A stretch of 62,431 nt of DNA, filler included, from Nitrospirae bacterium CG2_30_53_67 (GTDB lineage: Bacteria > CG2-30-53-67), in the NCBI GenBank assembly GCA_001873285.1. It is 4 parts of 4 records of this genome, joined end to end, with 100 filler letters (N's around TTAATTAATTAA, not from the genome) between each part and the next. Parts side by side here need not be neighbours in the genome. Positions count along the whole stretch, not along the records: positions 25,039 to 49,654 come from MNYV01000020.1; 3 more parts are not named here. The stretch is one strand, 5' to 3'. Position 1 is the stretch's first letter; each line of letters starts with the position of its first letter. Positions 34,841 to 45,747 of the stretch are shown piece after piece. Below the pieces are notes generated by a model. It did not search any database, was not told where the DNA came from, and saw nothing but the letters and a program-made list of their open reading frames with translations. The position numbers and the translations under genes are program-made.

Positions 34841-36169
34841 TTGATCATGAACAGCATCAAGAGAACAGACGGACTCAAGATCATGCGTGTCCACCCCGGG
34901 TCCAAGGCCGAGAGGTCCGGAATCAGGGAGGGAGATTTCCTGCTAAGGATCAACGGCCGTCTCATAGAAGATCCGATTGATTACCGTTTTTTTGAAAGCG
35001 AGGAAGATGTCGTTATTGAGATCGAACGCGAGACGGCCCATCACCGCATGGCATTAACCAAGGAAATGGATGAAGACCTCGGGCTTGAACTTAAAGAGCC
35101 GCGTTACAGGACATGCCGGAACCACTGCATGTTTTGCTTTGTCCGTCAGATGCCCAAGGGTCTGCGGAGATCCCTGTATGTGAAGGACGATGATTACCGG
35201 CTCTCCTTCATGCATGGGAACTATATCACACTGACCAACCTGACCCAGTCGGATTTTGAACGGATTTTTCAGCAGCGTCTCTCCCCGCTCTATGTTTCAG
35301 TTCATGCCACAGAGGATGCGGTCAGGCGAAGGATACTGGGGAATCCGGAGGCCCCTTCTATTCTCCCGGCCATGAAGCGCCTCATATCCGGCGGGATCCG
35401 TCTGCATACGCAGATCGTCTTGTGCCCCGGCGTTAATGACGGGGCGGTGCTGGATCACACGGCGGGCGAACTGATGGATCTCTGGCCGGGCGTTTCCTCC
35501 GCGGCCGTGGTCCCGGTGGGGTTGACACGGCACCGAGAGAATTTGGAGCCCCTTCAGGGGATAGATCCGCATTATGCCGGGTGGGTCCTGAATCAAGTCG
35601 AGGCCTTCCAGAAGATATGTATCCGGCGGTTTTCAGAGCCGTGGATCTTTGCCTCCGATGAATTTTACCTGACCGCCGGCCGCTCTTTTCCTCCCGTGAA
35701 GCGCTATGGGGAACTCCCCCAGGTCGAAAACGGCGTCGGCATGACGCCGTTGTTTGTTCAACAGGTGGAAAAGGCGCTGAATCGTCTTCCCAAAGATCAG
35801 GCCGGGAGAAGGTATGTCATCGGGACAGGGGTATCGGCCTATCCCGTCCTTCACAGGCTGATTCAGCGGATTATGGATCAGACCGGATGCAGAGTGGACC
35901 TGGTCCGGATCAGGAACCGGTTCTTCGGGGATTCGGTCACGGTTTCCGGCCTTCTCACCGGAAGTGACCTGATGGATGCCTTCTTGAAGCATACCCATAC
36001 CGGCGGCCCCATCATCCTCCCGAACAGTATGCTCAGGCTTAAGAAGAGGACCTTTTTGGACGGGATGAACATACGCGATGTGGAAAAACAGATAGGCTGG
36101 CGGCTCCGGTTTGTGGAAAGCAGCGCGGAGGGGTTTTTGAGCCCTTTTTTAAAAGTTAGAATTCCTTAA
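34841..36169 (+). CDS. PDZ plus radical SAM-like Fe-S protein, DUF512 family
   Basis: N-terminal PDZ; CRNHCMFCF; LYVKDDDYRLSF; YITLTNL; QVENGVG. Confidence 0.88.
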   Translation: MIMNSIKRTDGLKIMRVHPGSKAERSGIREGDFLLRINGRLIEDPIDYRFFESEEDVVIEIERETAHHRMALTKEMDEDLGLELKEPRYRTCRNHCMFCFVRQMPKGLRRSLYVKDDDYRLSFMHGNYITLTNLTQSDFERIFQQRLSPLYVSVHATEDAVRRRILGNPEAPSILPAMKRLISGGIRLHTQIVLCPGVNDGAVLDHTAGELMDLWPGVSSAAVVPVGLTRHRENLEPLQGIDPHYAGWVLNQVEAFQKICIRRFSEPWIFASDEFYLTAGRSFPPVKRYGELPQVENGVGMTPLFVQQVEKALNRLPKDQAGRRYVIGTGVSAYPVLHRLIQRIMDQTGCRVDLVRIRNRFFGDSVTVSGLLTGSDLMDAFLKHTHTGGPIILPNSMLRLKKRTFLDGMNIRDVEKQIGWRLRFVESSAEGFLSPFLKVRIP

Positions 36170-36325
36170 TTTCATTAGAGAAAAATACTTTCCCCTGGAT
36201 CAGAATAGACCTTGACAATTTTGGTCACCATCAACTAAAATTTTAATATAGGCAATGTGACTGTTCCTTCATGGATCCAGGATGCCGTACGCGTCCGGGA
36301 TGCGGTCGGCTGAGGAGGTTGTTTC

Positions 36326-38023
36326 ATGGCAGGGAGATTAGGCGCCCTCTTGATTAACGCGAATCTGATCAGTGAAGAGCAACTGCAGAAAGCCCTTGCC
36401 AAGCAAAAAAAAGAAGGCGGAAGACTCGGAAGCAGCCTGGTTCACATGGGATATATCAAGGAAGACAGCCTGATCGCCTTTTTAAGCCATCAGTACGGCA
36501 TCCCGTCCGTTGATGTTTCAAAGTTTGAAATCGACCGTGAAGTGATCAAACTGATTCCCTCCGAAGTCGCCCAGAAATACATGATTATCCCGCTCAACCG
36601 GACCGGTTCGACCCTGACCATCGCCATGGTCGATCCCTCCAATGTCTTTGCCATCGACGATGTCAAATTCATGACCGGGTACAATGTGGAACCGGTGGTT
36701 TCTTCGGAGGCCGCGATTAAAGAAGCCATCAACAAGTATTATGACTCATCCGACATGCTTCAGACCGTGATGCAGGATATCCAGGAAGATATCAATATTG
36801 ATATCATCGAAGATACGATAGAGGATGTCGACATCGGGGAGATCAAGCAGGCGGTCGAGGAAGCCCCGGTCGTCAAACTGGTCAACCTGATCCTCGCTGA
36901 GGCCATCAAGAAGGGGGCGAGCGATATTCATATTGAACCTTATGAAAAGGATTTCAGGGTTCGTTACCGGATAGACGGCGTGCTCTACGAGGTGATGGCG
37001 CCCCCGAAACGGCTCAAGGATGCCCTGACCTCCCGCCTGAAGATCATGGCTGAGCTGGATATCGCCGAAAGGAGGCTCCCACAGGACGGCCGCATCAAGT
37101 TGAAGATGAAAGGCAAGGAAGTGGACCTCCGTGTTTCCACCCTGCCGACCCTTTTTGGGGAAAAAGTGGTGATGCGTATCCTGGACAAGAGCAACCTCAT
37201 GCTCGACATGACCAAGCTGGGGTTTGAGGCCGAAGAGCTGAAGAAACTGACGAAAGCCATCTTCGCCCCCTACGGCATGGTCCTGGTCACGGGGCCGACC
37301 GGGAGCGGTAAATCCACAACCCTTTATTCCGCCCTCGGACAGATCAACAAGCCGGAGATCAACATCATGACGGCAGAGGACCCGGTGGAATACAACCTTT
37401 TTGGAATCAATCAGGTCCAGATGAAGGAAGAAATCGGGTTGAACTTCGCGGCCTCTCTCCGATCCTTCCTGCGTCAGGACCCGGATGTGATCATGGTGGG
37501 TGAGATCCGGGATTACGAAACCGCCGAGATCGGGGTCAAGGCGGCCCTGACCGGTCACCTGGTGCTGAGCACCCTCCATACCAATGATGCGCCGAGCACC
37601 ATCAACCGACTGCTGAACATGGGGATCGAGCCATTTCTGGTCGCCTCTTCGGTGATCCTGATCATGGCCCAGCGTCTTGCCCGGAAGGTCTGTTCGGAGT
37701 GCAAACAGCAGGTGGAGATTCCGGAAAAGACCCTGATTGATATCGGACTTACGCCCAAGCAGGTCTCAGAGGTCACCATCTACCAAGGCGCCGGATGCGC
37801 GGCGTGCAACAATACCGGATACAAAGGCCGGTTGGGCCTCTATGAAGTCATGCCTGTGGATGAGCACATTCGTGAACTCATCCTTGAAGGGGCCTCTGCG
37901 GCGGAGATCAAGCAGGCCGCCATTGAAAACGGGATGATGTCCCTGCGCATGGCCGCATTGAATAAGTTGATGAGCGGTGTCACCACGGTTGACGAAGTCC
38001 TCCGGGTCACCTTCGGAGACTGA
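36326..38023 (+). CDS. pilB: Type IV pilus assembly ATPase
   Basis: MshEN-like RLGALL/RLGSSL; ASDIHIEP; GPTGSGKSTT; LRQDPDVIMVGEIRD; Zn-binding CxxC pairs. Confidence 0.96.
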   Translation: MAGRLGALLINANLISEEQLQKALAKQKKEGGRLGSSLVHMGYIKEDSLIAFLSHQYGIPSVDVSKFEIDREVIKLIPSEVAQKYMIIPLNRTGSTLTIAMVDPSNVFAIDDVKFMTGYNVEPVVSSEAAIKEAINKYYDSSDMLQTVMQDIQEDINIDIIEDTIEDVDIGEIKQAVEEAPVVKLVNLILAEAIKKGASDIHIEPYEKDFRVRYRIDGVLYEVMAPPKRLKDALTSRLKIMAELDIAERRLPQDGRIKLKMKGKEVDLRVSTLPTLFGEKVVMRILDKSNLMLDMTKLGFEAEELKKLTKAIFAPYGMVLVTGPTGSGKSTTLYSALGQINKPEINIMTAEDPVEYNLFGINQVQMKEEIGLNFAASLRSFLRQDPDVIMVGEIRDYETAEIGVKAALTGHLVLSTLHTNDAPSTINRLLNMGIEPFLVASSVILIMAQRLARKVCSECKQQVEIPEKTLIDIGLTPKQVSEVTIYQGAGCAACNNTGYKGRLGLYEVMPVDEHIRELILEGASAAEIKQAAIENGMMSLRMAALNKLMSGVTTVDEVLRVTFGD

Positions 38024-38130
38024 CGTGAGGGCGAGGGTTGGAGATCCAGGTTAAAACTTTTTTTGTTTCAGGCGCCGTTCCCGGGCGTGATGAAATATAA
38101 CAAGCCGAGATTTTTTTATAGGAGGGTTCA

Positions 38131-39255
38131 ATGACCCTGAGTTTACATCAACTGTTGAAAACCATGATAGAAAAAGGCGCATCGGATCTGCACGTCACCA
38201 CGGGTTCCGCACCCCAGATACGGGTAGACGGAAAGCTGATGCCCTTGAATCTCCCGCCCTTATCCTCGGCTGAGACCAAGCAGCTCTGCTACAGTGTGCT
38301 GACCGATGCGCAGAAACACCGTTTTGAAGAAGAGAGCGAACTGGATCTCTCCTTCGGGGTCAAGGGGCTCAGCCGGTTTCGGGCGAATTTTTTTATGCAG
38401 CGCGGGGCCATGGGCGGGGCCTTCCGGACCATACCCTACAAGATTCTCACCTTCAGCGAGCTGGGGCTTCCGGCCGTTGCAGAGAAACTTTGTGAAAAAC
38501 CCAGGGGATTGATTCTGGTGACGGGCCCCACGGGAAGCGGAAAATCAACCACCCTGGCCTCCATGATCGACAAGATCAACAGTGAACGGCATGAACATAT
38601 CATTACGGTTGAGGATCCCATTGAATTTCTGCACCATCACAAGAAGTGCGTGGTGAATCAGAGAGAGGTCAATGCGGATACCAAGTCTTTTAAAAACGCC
38701 TTGAAATACATCCTGCGTCAGGATCCCGACGTGGTTCTGATCGGGGAGATGCGGGATCTGGAGACGATCGAGGCCGCCCTGATCGTCTCCGAGACCGGCC
38801 ATCTGGCCTTCGCCACGCTCCATACGAATTCCGCCGTCCAGACGATCAACAGGATTATCGATGTCTTCCCATCCCATCAGCAGTCGCAGGTCCGGGCCCA
38901 GCTTTCCTTTGTTCTTGAAGGAGTGCTTTCCCAGCAGTTGCTTGCCAAGGCCAGCGGAGAAGGACGCGTGCTGGCCATTGAGGTCATGATCCCGAACGCG
39001 GCCATCCGGAACCTGATTCGAGAGGACAAGGTCCATCAGATCTACTCGTCCATGCAGACCGGGCAGGAACAGTTCGGCATGCAGACCATGAACCAGGCGC
39101 TCTATGACTTGTATAAAAAACGGTTGATTACCTATGAGGATGCATTAGGGCGCTCCACGGTGCCTGAAGAGATGCTGGTGATGCTGCAGAGAGGCGGCGC
39201 CGTTGGAAATAATGACGATATGAGAAGCCGCCGTTCGTCAAAGGTGAAATACTAA
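38131..39255 (+). CDS. pilT: Type IV pilus retraction ATPase
   Basis: ASDLH, GPTGSGKSTT, AIRNLIRE and GMQTM. Confidence 0.96.
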   Translation: MTLSLHQLLKTMIEKGASDLHVTTGSAPQIRVDGKLMPLNLPPLSSAETKQLCYSVLTDAQKHRFEEESELDLSFGVKGLSRFRANFFMQRGAMGGAFRTIPYKILTFSELGLPAVAEKLCEKPRGLILVTGPTGSGKSTTLASMIDKINSERHEHIITVEDPIEFLHHHKKCVVNQREVNADTKSFKNALKYILRQDPDVVLIGEMRDLETIEAALIVSETGHLAFATLHTNSAVQTINRIIDVFPSHQQSQVRAQLSFVLEGVLSQQLLAKASGEGRVLAIEVMIPNAAIRNLIREDKVHQIYSSMQTGQEQFGMQTMNQALYDLYKKRLITYEDALGRSTVPEEMLVMLQRGGAVGNNDDMRSRRSSKVKY

Positions 39256-39292
39256 AAACAAACAGCAGTCAAATATTTCCTGGAGATGAATT

Positions 39293-40504
39293 ATGGAAGC
39301 TTTCAAGTATGCTGGGAAAACAAGCGCCGGGATCATCAAGAAGGGCGTCATACAGGCGGCCTCGAAAGACGAGGCCATGTCCATCCTGCGCCAGCAGGGG
39401 ATTCGCGCCACTTCAGTGAAACCCAAACCCAAAGACATTGAGATCAAAATCCCCGGACTGGGGAGGGGAGTCAAGGAAACGGAGATCGTGATCTTCACCC
39501 GGCAGTTTGCCACGATGATCGATGCGGGACTCCCTCTGGTTCAGTGCCTGGATATTCTTTCCTCCCAGACTGAGAACAAGACCTTTGCAAAGGCCATTGC
39601 CGCCGTTAAGCAGGACGTCGAAGGCGGATCCACCTATGCGGATGCCTTGCGCAAGCACCCGAATATTTTCAATGATCTTTATGTCAATATGGTGGAGGCC
39701 GGCGAAGTCGGCGGCATCCTGGATACGATTCTCAACCGTCTGGCCGGCTATATTGAGAAGGCCGTTAAACTGAAGAAGAAGGTGAAGGGGGCCATGGTCT
39801 ATCCGGCCGTGGTGTTGAGCGTTGCTGTGATCGTGGTCGCCATCATCATGGTCTATGTGATCCCCGTATTTCAGAAGATGTTTGCGGGGTTCGGAAGCGC
39901 TCTTCCCGCTCCGACACGGCTGGTGATCGCGATGAGTGTTTTTGTAAAAGCAAACATTGTGTTTATGATCATGGCCATTGTTCTTTTCGTCATTGCCTTC
40001 TCCCAGGCCTACAAGAGGTCCCAACGCTTTAAGAAAGGGGTCCATATTGCTCTGCTTAGGTTCCCCTTGATCGGCACCCTGATCCGAAAAGTGGCCGTGG
40101 CCAAATTTACGAGAACGCTTGGGACGCTGATCAGCAGCGGTGTGCCGATCCTGGACGGGCTTGAGATCGTGGCCAAGACCGCCAACAACAAGGTTATCGA
40201 AGAAGCGGTCATGAAGACCCGAGAGAGTATCCGGGAAGGGAAAACCATTGCGGAACCCCTCTCCGAGACCAAGGTCTTTCCGCCTATGGTCGTTCAGATG
40301 ATCGGCGTCGGAGAGCAGACCGGCGCTCTGGATGCCATGTTATCCAAGATCGCCGACTTCTACGACGAAGAGGTGGACAATGCCGTGGCGACCCTGACCT
40401 CCATGCTTGAGCCGATCATGATGGTCTTCCTGGGCGGAACCGTCGGGTTCCTGGTCGTGGCCATGTACCTGCCGGTCTTCAAAATGGCGGAAGTCGTCCA
40501 TTAA
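39293..40504 (+). CDS. pilC: Type IV pilus platform protein
   Basis: FTRQFATMIDAG, GEVGG, GEQTGALD and AMYLP. Confidence 0.95.
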   Translation: MEAFKYAGKTSAGIIKKGVIQAASKDEAMSILRQQGIRATSVKPKPKDIEIKIPGLGRGVKETEIVIFTRQFATMIDAGLPLVQCLDILSSQTENKTFAKAIAAVKQDVEGGSTYADALRKHPNIFNDLYVNMVEAGEVGGILDTILNRLAGYIEKAVKLKKKVKGAMVYPAVVLSVAVIVVAIIMVYVIPVFQKMFAGFGSALPAPTRLVIAMSVFVKANIVFMIMAIVLFVIAFSQAYKRSQRFKKGVHIALLRFPLIGTLIRKVAVAKFTRTLGTLISSGVPILDGLEIVAKTANNKVIEEAVMKTRESIREGKTIAEPLSETKVFPPMVVQMIGVGEQTGALDAMLSKIADFYDEEVDNAVATLTSMLEPIMMVFLGGTVGFLVVAMYLPVFKMAEVVH

Positions 40505-40554
40505 CCCGGTCCGGTTTCATTCCGGTTTAAAACCGGCTTGCCCGGGATGAATCC

Positions 40555-42288
40555 GTGAGGCCGATGTCGGGTCGTTTTCTCATGTCCGAAAGATTTGAAT
40601 TACATGATGATGACATCACGAACCGCTTGAAGTGGCTCATGCTCATGCGCATGATCCTGGTGACCTTCCTGCTTGGGGTCACGCTGATCGCCGGCTTCAA
40701 GAGCCGCAGCCAGGAAGTGGTTTCGTCATTTACGTCGCTCTATCTCCTGATCGGATACTCCTATCTTTTTACGGGTTTTTCTGCGGTTGTATTCAAATAT
40801 GTGAAGCGGAAGATAGGGCTGAGCTATTTCCAGATCCTGGGCGATATCGTATTCATCACCGGAGTTCTTCAAATCACCGGCGGGATTGAAAGTCCTTTTG
40901 TCTTTCTCTATTTTCTCTCCATCATCAGCGGAAGCATTCTTTACTATAAGCGGGGGAGCCTGTCCGCCGCCGCCTTGAGCGCCCTTTCTTATATGGTTCT
41001 CTTCTATTTCAACACGGCAGGCTGGTCCTGGTTCCATGCCGGCGGTCATTCCATAACGGAAATGACGCAGCTGTATTACCGGGGTTTCCTGAATCTTTTT
41101 TCGTTCTTTGTCATTGCCTTCTTAAGCAATGAGCTGGCGAAGCGTCTGGAGACGGCCGGGGAGGAGATCAAGGAGAGAGAGGACAGGATTGAGGATCTGC
41201 AGGTCTTGCATGAAAATATCATCCGCAGCGTGACCAGCGGCCTGATCACGACGGATCAAAACGGCATGATCACCTCGGTAAACCTCTCTGCAGAGAAGAT
41301 TCTTCAGATGTCCATGAATGAGATCCTTCACGCAGGAGTCGTCCGGATCTTCCCTTATCCCGAAGTCAGGGGCTACCTGAACCGTCATGTTTCGGATGAT
41401 GATGAAGGCTACAGCCGGTTTGAAATAACCCATATCAGCCGGCATGGCGATGAGAAGACCCTGGGTATGACTCTGTCGCGCCTTCGGAACACGAAGGGCG
41501 ACTATACCGGTTTTCTTTGCGCCTTTCAGGATCTGACCCGATTCAAGTCCATGGAAGAGAAGATGAAAAAAAGAGAACAATTGGCCGTCATCGGCGAGCT
41601 TGCCGCGGGCATCGCCCATGAGATCCGAAATCCCCTTGCTTCCATGAGCGGCTCCATCCAGGTGTTACGATCCGAACTCGATCTCAGCAAGGAGAACAGA
41701 AGGCTCATGGATATCATCCTCAAGGAGACGGACCGGCTGAACAGCCTCATCGGGAACTTCCTGATGTATGCGCGCCCGCGTTCTTTGGAGTGCAGGCCTG
41801 TTCGGATCAAAGAGCTGATAGACGAGGCGGTCACCCTTCTGAAAAACAGCGGAAGGATAGCGGCTTCGATCCGGATCGAAACGGATATCGAAGAAGATAC
41901 GGAAATTTTTGCCGACCCCGTTTCCATCCGCCAGGTGTTTTGGAATCTTGCGGTCAATGCCGTTGAAGCCATGCCGGAGGGCGGCATCCTTCGGGTGTCG
42001 GTCAAGGCGCAGGACCGGAAGCTCTCCAAAGAGAAAGGGAGCACGGGATTTGTGCGGATGACGGTCTCGGATACGGGCGGGGGGATCGATCCTGCGGCCA
42101 GGAAAAAACTCTTCTTCCCTTTCTATACCACCAAGGAACGCGGGTCGGGGCTGGGGCTTGCCATTGTCCATCAGATTGTACAGCAGCATGCGGGCTGGAT
42201 CGATGTGGTCAATCATCCCGGATCGGGAGTGGAGTTCCATCTCTATCTGCCTGAGGCCGCCCCATCCATGGTCTTGAATGGAGTATAG
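40555..42288 (+). CDS. pilS: Sensor kinase PilS
   Basis: Multi-TM N-terminus, PAS, AHEIRNPL and HATPase; located between pilC and a sigma54 regulator. Confidence 0.85.
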   Translation: MRPMSGRFLMSERFELHDDDITNRLKWLMLMRMILVTFLLGVTLIAGFKSRSQEVVSSFTSLYLLIGYSYLFTGFSAVVFKYVKRKIGLSYFQILGDIVFITGVLQITGGIESPFVFLYFLSIISGSILYYKRGSLSAAALSALSYMVLFYFNTAGWSWFHAGGHSITEMTQLYYRGFLNLFSFFVIAFLSNELAKRLETAGEEIKEREDRIEDLQVLHENIIRSVTSGLITTDQNGMITSVNLSAEKILQMSMNEILHAGVVRIFPYPEVRGYLNRHVSDDDEGYSRFEITHISRHGDEKTLGMTLSRLRNTKGDYTGFLCAFQDLTRFKSMEEKMKKREQLAVIGELAAGIAHEIRNPLASMSGSIQVLRSELDLSKENRRLMDIILKETDRLNSLIGNFLMYARPRSLECRPVRIKELIDEAVTLLKNSGRIAASIRIETDIEEDTEIFADPVSIRQVFWNLAVNAVEAMPEGGILRVSVKAQDRKLSKEKGSTGFVRMTVSDTGGGIDPAARKKLFFPFYTTKERGSGLGLAIVHQIVQQHAGWIDVVNHPGSGVEFHLYLPEAAPSMVLNGV

Positions 42289-43665
42289 ATGGATCCCATT
42301 TTAATCGTTGACGATGAAGAAAGCATGCGGGAGTTTCTCTCCATCATGCTGAAAAAGGAAGGGTACGCCGTGAAGACGGCGGAGAGCGCCGGTGATGCCC
42401 TCCGCATGATTGAAAAGCAGATCTTCGCCCTGGTGATCTCAGACATCAAGATGCCGGGTATGGATGGAATCCAGCTCCTATCAGAGATCCGGAAGATCTC
42501 TCCGGATACGCAGGTTCTCATGATCACAGCCTTCGGTTCCACGGATACCGCTGTGGAAGCCATGAGGAAAGGGGCCATCGATTATGTGGTCAAGCCCTTC
42601 AAGGTGGACGAGATCAAGATCATTATTGAGAATGCCCTGGAGAAAAAGCGCCTGGAGCAGGAGAACGTCCTTCTGAAGCAGGAGCTTTTGTCGCTCGGCG
42701 GACTGGACCGGATCGTGGGGAAGAGCCAGGCCATGCAGCGTGTTTTTTCGGTCATTCAGAAGACGGCCAACAGCAAGAGCAATGTCCTGATTACCGGGGA
42801 GAGCGGCACCGGCAAGGAGTTGGTCGCCAGGGCCATCCACCGGCTGAGCCAGCGGGCGGACAAGCCGTTTGTCAGCGTGAACTGCGGCGCGCTTCCCGAG
42901 AACCTCTTGGAAAGCGAACTTTTCGGTCACCAACGCGGGGCCTTCACCGGCGCGGTGGAGAACAAGATGGGGTTGTTTCAAGCGGCGGATGGAGGGACGA
43001 TCTTTCTCGATGAGATCGGCGAGATGACCCCTGCCATGCAGGTCAAGATTCTGCGCGTCCTGCAGGATCAGGAGTTCCGCAGGATCGGCGGGATTGAGGA
43101 TATCCGTGTGGATGTCCGCGTGATTGCAGCCTCCAATCAGAACTTCGACCGGATGGTCAAGGAGAAGAAGTTCCGTGAGGATCTCTATTACCGGCTGAAT
43201 GTCATCCCGATAGAGGTTCCAAGCCTGAGAGAGAGAAGAGAGGATATCCCCCTGCTGGTGAGCCATTTTCTCAAAAAGTATTCCCCAAACGGGGTTCTGA
43301 CCGTAACACAGGAGTGCATGGACCTTCTGGTCCGGCATGAATGGAAGGGAAATGTCCGGGAACTTGAAAATATCATTGAGCGGTCCATTGTGATGATGCA
43401 GGGGGACCGGATTACCGTTGATTGTCTTCCCAAGCATATCCTGGAGGGGGCTGAATCCTCCGGAGATCTCACTGTGGAGATTCCTGCAGACGGAGTGGAT
43501 TTCGACCGGGTCATCTCGGAGATCGAAAAGGATCTCCTCCTCAAGGCGCTTCATAAAACCGGGTGGGTCAAGAAGGAAGCCGCCCTCATCTTAAACATGA
43601 GCTTCCGTTCCTTCCGCTACAAATTGAGCAAGTACGGCATCAGCAAGATTGATGCCGAAGACTGA
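42289..43665 (+). CDS. pilR: Sigma54 response regulator PilR
   Basis: Receiver domain, GAFTGA and HTH ending SFRSFRYKL. Confidence 0.87.
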   Translation: MDPILIVDDEESMREFLSIMLKKEGYAVKTAESAGDALRMIEKQIFALVISDIKMPGMDGIQLLSEIRKISPDTQVLMITAFGSTDTAVEAMRKGAIDYVVKPFKVDEIKIIIENALEKKRLEQENVLLKQELLSLGGLDRIVGKSQAMQRVFSVIQKTANSKSNVLITGESGTGKELVARAIHRLSQRADKPFVSVNCGALPENLLESELFGHQRGAFTGAVENKMGLFQAADGGTIFLDEIGEMTPAMQVKILRVLQDQEFRRIGGIEDIRVDVRVIAASNQNFDRMVKEKKFREDLYYRLNVIPIEVPSLRERREDIPLLVSHFLKKYSPNGVLTVTQECMDLLVRHEWKGNVRELENIIERSIVMMQGDRITVDCLPKHILEGAESSGDLTVEIPADGVDFDRVISEIEKDLLLKALHKTGWVKKEAALILNMSFRSFRYKLSKYGISKIDAED

Positions 43666-43836
43666 CGGAATCCATTACTCTGACTCTCCCCATATCAGGC
43701 CTGTTCCTGAGTTCTGCGGCTTTTCTAAAAAATCCGGCGCTTGAATTTTAAATCGGCATGTGATAACGTACCCGTTAAAGGTTCACGGCATGCAGGAACT
43801 TTGACGTTATCATAACCCACCCATGGGGAGAAGGCC

Positions 43837-44181
43837 ATGCTGATACTCAAGATGATAGTCACGCTGATCATTTTTCTCGGTCTCCTTTTTTTTGCAAATC
43901 AGAACAGCACGGATGTTTCAATTTATTACGGCATGAAGGGCCCCATCCAGCTCCCCCTCTTTCTTGCGATCCTGATATCATTCCTGGCCGGAATGATCAT
44001 CGCGTTATTCATCAGCTATATTGAGAAGTTTAAGCTCAAAGGACAAATTCGGGCTCTCAGGAGAGAGAAAAAGGCGATGGAAGGGGAACTGAACTCCCTT
44101 AGGAGAATGCCCATACTTGAATCCATGACCCAAAGACATCCTGAAGAAATCCCGCCGGATGAGCCCAAGGGGATCGTATGA
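43837..44181 (+). CDS. lapA: Lipopolysaccharide assembly protein A
   Basis: Two TM helices with FANQN, then a coiled coil; overlaps lapB. Confidence 0.8.
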   Translation: MLILKMIVTLIIFLGLLFFANQNSTDVSIYYGMKGPIQLPLFLAILISFLAGMIIALFISYIEKFKLKGQIRALRREKKAMEGELNSLRRMPILESMTQRHPEEIPPDEPKGIV

Positions 44182-45335
44182 TCCATCCTCAGATCGAGAC
44201 GATCCTTCTGATCGGGATAGGATTCCTTGCAGGGGCCGCCCTCGTCCGGATCCTTCCCAGGAAAGACCACGTCTCCAAGAATCAGCAAGAGGGCCGTACC
44301 GGCTTTTACAAAAGTCTGAACTATATCCTCTCCAATGAGCATGATAAAGCCATCGAGGAATTCACCCATATGGTGGAGCTGGATTCCGAAACCGTGGAGG
44401 TCTATCTTGCCCTGGGAAGTCTGTTCCGCTCCAAGGGCGAGGTCGGCCGGGCCATTCGGATTCACCAGAGCATCATCGTCCGCCCTTCACTGGACAAGAG
44501 GATCAAGGTCCAGGCATACTTTGATCTGGCCCTGGACTACCAGAAGGCCGGTCTTTTCGACAACGCAATCGAAACATTCAGGGCCGTTATTCAGTTGGAC
44601 CCCCATCATTTCCAGGCGCACCAGCGCCTGGAAAAGATCTACGAAGAGGAGAAGAGCTGGGACAAGGCCTTCGAGATCCAGAAGAAGATCCAGAAACTGA
44701 CCAACACCAAGGACACCATGGTGCTGGCGCATCTGGAAACCGAAAAGGCCAAGCGCCTTCAGGAGCAAGGCCCGATAGACGATGCAATCCAGGGCTACAG
44801 GAGGGCGATACAGATCGACCGCAGATGTGTGGATGCCTATCTGCATCTCGGCGACCTGTTCCATGATCAGGGAAAGTACCAGAAGGCGATCGGCATCTGG
44901 GAAGAGGTTTCAGAGCTCATCCCGGAATATGCCTTTCTGACCTACAAGAGGCTGGAGAATGCCTATTACGAACTCGGCCGGTACGAGGAGATGGGGGAGA
45001 TCTATAAGAGAAATGTTACCAGGAATTCCAAGGATGTCCAGAGCCGGTTGGTCCTGGGAGACCACTACATCAGAAAAGGGGAGCTAAACGACGCCGCCCA
45101 GGAATACCAGGATGTCATCAGGATCAGTCCGAATTGCATTGAGGCCCACCGGAGGATGGCGGAGATCCTGGTATCCCAGGGAAAGATGGATGAACTCAAA
45201 CGTGAACTGGAGATGGTGATGACGATCTTTTCCACCAAATACCTTTTTTACCATTGCAGCGGGTGCGGTTTTGAATCCAAGAATATCCTCTGGCACTGCC
45301 CCCAGTGCAAGAGCTGGGATACTTTTGTCCATTAA
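44178..45335 (+). CDS. lapB: Lipopolysaccharide assembly protein B
   Basis: N-terminal TM; LGSLFRSKGEVGRAIRIHQ; TPRs; C-terminal CSGCGF...WHCPQCKSW rubredoxin. Confidence 0.92.
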   Translation: MIHPQIETILLIGIGFLAGAALVRILPRKDHVSKNQQEGRTGFYKSLNYILSNEHDKAIEEFTHMVELDSETVEVYLALGSLFRSKGEVGRAIRIHQSIIVRPSLDKRIKVQAYFDLALDYQKAGLFDNAIETFRAVIQLDPHHFQAHQRLEKIYEEEKSWDKAFEIQKKIQKLTNTKDTMVLAHLETEKAKRLQEQGPIDDAIQGYRRAIQIDRRCVDAYLHLGDLFHDQGKYQKAIGIWEEVSELIPEYAFLTYKRLENAYYELGRYEEMGEIYKRNVTRNSKDVQSRLVLGDHYIRKGELNDAAQEYQDVIRISPNCIEAHRRMAEILVSQGKMDELKRELEMVMTIFSTKYLFYHCSGCGFESKNILWHCPQCKSWDTFVH

Positions 45336-45747
45336 AACCGGAATTCGTTATTCGCCCGTGGCCGCCTTGTGGAGTTTGATCTCCACCATATCAAAGCTCC
45401 CTTTTCAATGATCCCTTTCTATCAGAATTAATGCTGAGGACCACGGGCATAAGTCGGCTTGGCCTGATCCTCCTCCTTTACGAGTCATCAACCGCCGGTA
45501 TGGGAACCATGCATTAGAATGATCTTGACATGAATATCTATTGGGTGATAAATAACCCTTAACGGTAAAAATAGAAAAAGTGGAAGGCTTGTTTTCTGAA
45601 ACTTACTTGCATCAGCAGAGGGAAGATTAAACATTAAATAGGGCGCTGTCCCTATTATTTTACTAACACGTAATATCATGACAATAATTGCCTTTACTAC
45701 CTCCCGTTCTTTTTGGTATGATGATTGACAAATGATACGGACATCCC

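Noticed and set aside
36326..40504. Pil proteins as the secretion route for the molybdoenzyme
   Set aside because: PilT and PilSR mark a type IVa pilus rather than a T2SS, and the genes are on a different contig
45345..45455. Inverted repeat GCCCGTGG...CCACGGGC as 6S RNA or tRNA remnant
   Set aside because: Only a short stem is evident, with no recognisable conserved RNA motifs
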